A stretch of DNA of 64,000 bases, from positions 3,865-67,864 of the forward strand of contig CAVSVC010000010.1 of assembly GCA_963731045.1 (NCBI GenBank), read 5' to 3'. Positions 60,237 through 64,000 of this stretch are shown here, in pieces. This stretch comes from an uncultured delta proteobacterium (lineage in GTDB: Bacteria > Desulfobacterota > BSN033 > UBA1163). Position 1 is the stretch's first letter. Every line of letters begins with the position of its first letter. Under the pieces are notes generated by a model. It saw nothing but the letters and a program-made list of their open reading frames with translations, was not told where the DNA came from and did not search any database. The position numbers and the translations under genes were made by a program.

Positions 60237-60919
60237 CGCCCTTTCCTCCTATCGATCAGCACACCGCATCCCGACGCAACCAGGGCTGCCAGGACCATAT
60301 ACCAGGTGCCTGGAAGAGCCCATTTGAAGAAGAGCGACGTTCCCCCGGCAATGACCAGGACCCAGAAATGAGTGAGGCTTTTGACTTGAAAAACGAGAAG
60401 GCAGATGAAAAGCCCCGGTAATGCGAATGCCAGACCGAAGCCTTGGTGGTTGACGAGCCCCCCGAACAGCCCCCCGATCACCGATCCGGTTATCCATGCA
60501 AGATGGGAGGTAACCTGCAGGCCAAATAGGAAGCTGGGGCGGTTCCGGATTTTGGAAGGATCCGAAAGGGCCAGGCCAAAAGATTCATCGGTCAGCTGGG
60601 CGGAGAGAAGACCGAGGGTACGCATGGACAGCTTCTCGAAATGGAGGAACAGGGTGGAACTCATGAGGAAATGTCTGAAGTTGATGAAGAACGTCGTCAG
60701 GACGACAGGCCAACCCATGACCCCTTTTGAAATCATTTCGACCGCGATGAACTGGCTGGCCCCTGCGTAGACGAGAAGGCTCATCAAGCCAATCTCGAAG
60801 GGGGTAAGACCGGCATTCCGGGCCAGTATTCCAAACGCCATCCCCACGGGAAGATATCCCAGCACGATCGGAAGGGCTGCTCTGGCGCCCTCTCTGAACT
60901 CCCTGCGATTCATCTCCAC
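60233..60919 (-). CDS. azlC: AzlC family protein
   Basis: GMAFGILARNAGL...VYAGASQFIAVEM. Confidence 0.85.
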   Translation of the reverse strand: MEMNRREFREGARAALPIVLGYLPVGMAFGILARNAGLTPFEIGLMSLLVYAGASQFIAVEMISKGVMGWPVVLTTFFINFRHFLMSSTLFLHFEKLSMRTLGLLSAQLTDESFGLALSDPSKIRNRPSFLFGLQVTSHLAWITGSVIGGLFGGLVNHQGFGLAFALPGLFICLLVFQVKSLTHFWVLVIAGGTSLFFKWALPGTWYMVLAALVASGCGVLIDRRKGR

Positions 60920-60983
60920 CGATTTCAGATTTCAGATTTAAGATGTTAAGCCCTGCATCTGCAATCTAACCTTGCTGAAAAAG

Positions 60984-62282
60984 TCATTTGGAAAAGTAGG
61001 ACTCCTTCGTCCTGTTGAAATAACCGAACTCCAGAGATGGGAATTCGTTCTTCAGGAGGGTGATCATTTTTGGAATTCCCATCCCCTCTCCTTCCCCCAT
61101 CTCTTCGAGATAACGGTCAGGATCGATGTTGAGATTTCGCATCTGGACCAGATCAAGCTTCGTCTTCCTGATCAAGTCCACGAGACCCTCCACCTCTTCT
61201 TCCCTGTCGGTAAAACCCGGAAAGACGAGCAGATTGATCGAGGTATACAATCCCCGCGCCTTGGCTTCCATGAGCGTTTCGGGCAATGCTTTAAAGGTAT
61301 ATCCCCTGGGCCTGTGATAGCGGTCATAGAACTCCGAATGGGGACTGTTTAAGGTCACCCGGATGCTGTCGAGTCCCGCACGGCTCAACGCCTTGATGCG
61401 CTCCGGGAAGCTCCCGTTCGTGTTCAGGTTGATGGCGCCCCGTGCCGTCTTCTCTCGAAGTCTCTGGATGGAGGCTTCCAGAAGGCGCCACTGCATCAGG
61501 GGTTCGCCTTCACATCCCTGGCCAAAGCTGACGATGGCATCCTCCGCCTTTTCCAGATGGGGAAGCGCGACACCGACCACCTCATCCACCGTGGGAACGA
61601 ATGTGATTCGCTCCTGTGAAGCCGGGCAGCATTCGGAGGGCTGAAGCGAGATGCAACCGATACAATCCGCATTGCAGGTGGGGGAAGTGGGAAGGGGACA
61701 TTCCCATCTTCTGAAGAAAACATTCTTGGCCGCAAAGCAGTGATATTCGAGGGCACACCTTGAGAGCTGACGGAGGAGGCGGTTTTCCGGGCTCCGTTTC
61801 AGAGAAGAAGCCACTTTCCTTCCGAGAAGGGAATCATTCTGGAAATACCTGGGGTTCCAGTGGGGGTTGGGGTCGATCATGAGTCCTGTGGACCAGAACT
61901 TTCCTCCTTTCCAGCCCACGGCACTATATGCCCACAGGGGAAGCACCGGCGCCTTCTGCCTGCAGCGTGTTGCTGGAAGAAGGGTCCGTACGTACCCGGG
62001 CGGAAGGAATGCCGCCACGGCGGTGCAGCTCGACTCTTTTCTCCCCTTCGTCACCTTTTCGGAGGCGACGAAGGTTTCCTTTTCCTCGTCCCATCCGACC
62101 GGAATTCTTCCGGGAAGCGTAAAAAGCTGGCTTCCCGCAGGGAGAGGAACGAATTCAGCGGAGTCAGGCAGGATGAACCGGCTCCCCGACCGTCCGGCCA
62201 GCTTCAGGGAAGGATGGTCAAAGATCTTGCCTTGATGATCAGCGAGAATAAGCCGGGGGTACTCAAAATTGGACATGCTCAA
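60984..62282 (-). CDS. Radical SAM protein, function unknown
   Basis: CNADCIGC (CxxxCxxC) cluster; 432 aa intact. Confidence 0.8.
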   Translation of the reverse strand: MSMSNFEYPRLILADHQGKIFDHPSLKLAGRSGSRFILPDSAEFVPLPAGSQLFTLPGRIPVGWDEEKETFVASEKVTKGRKESSCTAVAAFLPPGYVRTLLPATRCRQKAPVLPLWAYSAVGWKGGKFWSTGLMIDPNPHWNPRYFQNDSLLGRKVASSLKRSPENRLLRQLSRCALEYHCFAAKNVFFRRWECPLPTSPTCNADCIGCISLQPSECCPASQERITFVPTVDEVVGVALPHLEKAEDAIVSFGQGCEGEPLMQWRLLEASIQRLREKTARGAINLNTNGSFPERIKALSRAGLDSIRVTLNSPHSEFYDRYHRPRGYTFKALPETLMEAKARGLYTSINLLVFPGFTDREEEVEGLVDLIRKTKLDLVQMRNLNIDPDRYLEEMGEGEGMGIPKMITLLKNEFPSLEFGYFNRTKESYFSK

Positions 62283-62399
62283 TTTCAGTAAGAAGTTTGA
62301 GGACCATTTCGCTTGAGGTTGAAGGCACGTGTGCTCCTGCCCCCTCCTCCGACCTTACGCCTCAAACATCTTCATCCGGATGTTGCGAAGAGTAATTCA

Positions 62400-62572
62400 C
62401 ATGGACCTGGACAGGCCGGTCGGAAAGACATTGAGGCGAACCATCTTAGCGTATCAGCCCCATCGCGCCGTCCTGTTGTCAGAAGTTACTTGGAGCAATT
62501 TCCTCCGGTTTCCGTCAAGTCTACGAAAGACCGCCATTCGAAGTCTTGGAGAGCGGTTTGTTCGGGTCCATG
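62400..62572. mobile_element. MITE-like element, family 2, copy 2
   Basis: catggacctggacaggccggtcggaaagacattgaggcgaacc...ccgccattcgaagtcttggagagcggtttgttcgggtccatg. It has the same order and ends as 17250..17420. Confidence 0.65.
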
Positions 62573-62773
62573 TTTGCCGCTGGCGGGTCAGGTGGGGTAC
62601 TTTCTCTCCCCCTTCGATTTCCGGAGGGAGCTCTTGACATTCTTCCTTTTCAACATTGCCTTGAGACGATTCGTTTTGTTCCTTTTTCTCACGTTTCCTC
62701 CTCTCCCGCGCTTTCCCGTTTCTTCAACGCTTCTCGCGAGGCTGTTTCTTGTTCAAGACTTATGACATCGCGG

Positions 62774-63187
62774 TCACTTCACGAACCAGATCCCGGAAAC
62801 AATCAATGCGGTCCCGATCACCCGGGACAGGGTGATCCCCTCCCTGAGGATCAGAACGCCCAGAAGAACGGTGACCAGCGGATAGCACGCGGCAATGGGC
62901 ACGATCTTGGAGGTTGCTTCCATTTTGAGCGCCGTATAGTATGTCCACATGGCAAGGAGTCCGGCCATCATGCCACTGGCCCCGAAAATGACCAGGGTCC
63001 GGCCATCTACCGCCAGCAGGTCCCTCCCTTTGCCCATGAGAAACGTAAGAATCAAAAGCCCTGCCGTCACGATCGTACTTCGGACGGTTACCCCGACCAA
63101 AGGGTCCACCCTGGCCAGACCGATCTTCTCGATGATGGGAGTCGCCCCCCACAACACGGCGGTGGCAACCAGAAGGAAGACGATCAC
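62774..63187 (-). CDS. Half-size EamA-domain membrane protein
   Basis: 137 aa, 4-5 TM segments, LWGATPIIEKIGL...VSGIWFV. Confidence 0.7.
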   Translation of the reverse strand: MIVFLLVATAVLWGATPIIEKIGLARVDPLVGVTVRSTIVTAGLLILTFLMGKGRDLLAVDGRTLVIFGASGMMAGLLAMWTYYTALKMEATSKIVPIAACYPLVTVLLGVLILREGITLSRVIGTALIVSGIWFVK

Positions 63188-64000
63188 CTCTCCCGCTCCC
63201 TCGATGCCCGGCTCAACCCGTTACGGCGTTTGAGGTTTTCGACGATCGCGTAAGGCAGCTTCATCTCCCCCCGGCCCACTCCGATGTCAAGGCCGTTTTT
63301 TTCGAGCCCATGATAATCCGTTCCGCCCGTCATCACAAGGCTATGCCTTTCCGCCAGAAGCTTATACTGGGCCACCTCAAGAGGGGAGTGCTCGGGATAA
63401 TAAACCTCGATTCCCGCAAGGCCGAATTCAACCAGTTGAAGAACCAGTTTCTCCAGTTCCGCACGTCCGCTCATGCCGAGGGTGTTGGGATGGGCAAGAA
63501 CGGCTACCCCGTTGGCCTCTTTCACAAAATGGAGCGCTTCTTTCGGGGTAAATCTGACCTTGTCCACATAGGCCGAGGCTCCCTTCCTCAAATACCGTTC
63601 GAAGGCCTCCTGAAAGCTTCTGACATAGCCTTTCTCCTCAAGGACCTGGGCAAAATGGGGTCTCCCCACCTGCCCTCCGCCGGAAGCTTTCACCACCTCC
63701 TCATAGGTGATGTCGACTCCCAGCCGGTTGAGGTTCTCAATGATTTTCGGGTTTCTTTCCGCCCTCGCCCTTTGAAGATAGGCCAGTCTCTCATTTAACA
63801 GGGGGTGACGAATGTCAAAAAAATAGGCGAGAAGGTGCATCGATCCCGGCGAGTGCTCAGCGCTGATCTCGATTCCGGTGATCACTTCAAGACCGGTCTT
63901 CGCGCCTTCTGCAAGACCTTCTTCCAGGCCTTCGATGGTATCGTGATCGGTGATCGCTATCGCCTGAAGTCCTTTGGACTTTGCATATCTGACCATCGCC
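63184..64000 (-). CDS. PHP-domain phosphoesterase (5' end beyond the window)
   Basis: AIAITDHDTIEG...HLLAYF...LAHPN...TGGTDYHG; the N-terminal HxH motif is missing, so the gene is partial. Confidence 0.75.
   Translation of the reverse strand, partial: AMVRYAKSKGLQAIAITDHDTIEGLEEGLAEGAKTGLEVITGIEISAEHSPGSMHLLAYFFDIRHPLLNERLAYLQRARAERNPKIIENLNRLGVDITYEEVVKASGGGQVGRPHFAQVLEEKGYVRSFQEAFERYLRKGASAYVDKVRFTPKEALHFVKEANGVAVLAHPNTLGMSGRAELEKLVLQLVEFGLAGIEVYYPEHSPLEVAQYKLLAERHSLVMTGGTDYHGLEKNGLDIGVGRGEMKLPYAIVENLKRRNGLSRASRERER

Overview
64-kb stretch of a moderately GC-rich bacterial chromosome. The gene content (flavodiiron protein, multihaem cytochrome, radical SAM, archaeal-type shikimate entry enzymes) suggests an uncultured anaerobe or microaerophile. 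About a third of the genes have visibly broken reading frames, so this looks like draft or MAG-quality sequence. Main content: (1) an aro operon at 9.6-17.2 kb that opens with archaeal-type ADH synthase and DHQ synthase II instead of DAHP synthase/AroB, then aroD-aroE-aroA-aroK-aroC-pheA; (2) trpE-G-D-C-B-A at 24.0-30.1 kb, with no trpF; (3) a liv-type ABC importer, and an SSS transporter with a cNMP/CBS/DUF294 protein and an exonuclease; (4) a TAT-exported flavoprotein with a tetrahaem cytochrome c, LemA/DUF2207, a TldD/PmbA-NifU-flavodiiron cluster, AzlCD and a radical SAM gene. Main hunt result: three short ORFs below the ORF-track cutoff, each with a run of aromatic codons, mutually exclusive hairpins and a U-tailed terminator, all behind similar TTGAC(A/T)-N16-18-TGtTAA promoters. 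One (YYFYWYFY) precedes the aro operon. One (WWRW) precedes trpE. The third (FFYFGYFYF, minus strand) controls an uncharacterised MBL-fold hydrolase plus a GNAT-like 502-aa protein, which ties those two unknown genes to Phe/Tyr supply. The intergenic DNA also holds several repeat families: three MITE-like or palindromic families, and many short 6-8-nt periodic tracts placed just after stop codons or between cistrons. All folding and repeat alignments were done by eye and need computational confirmation.
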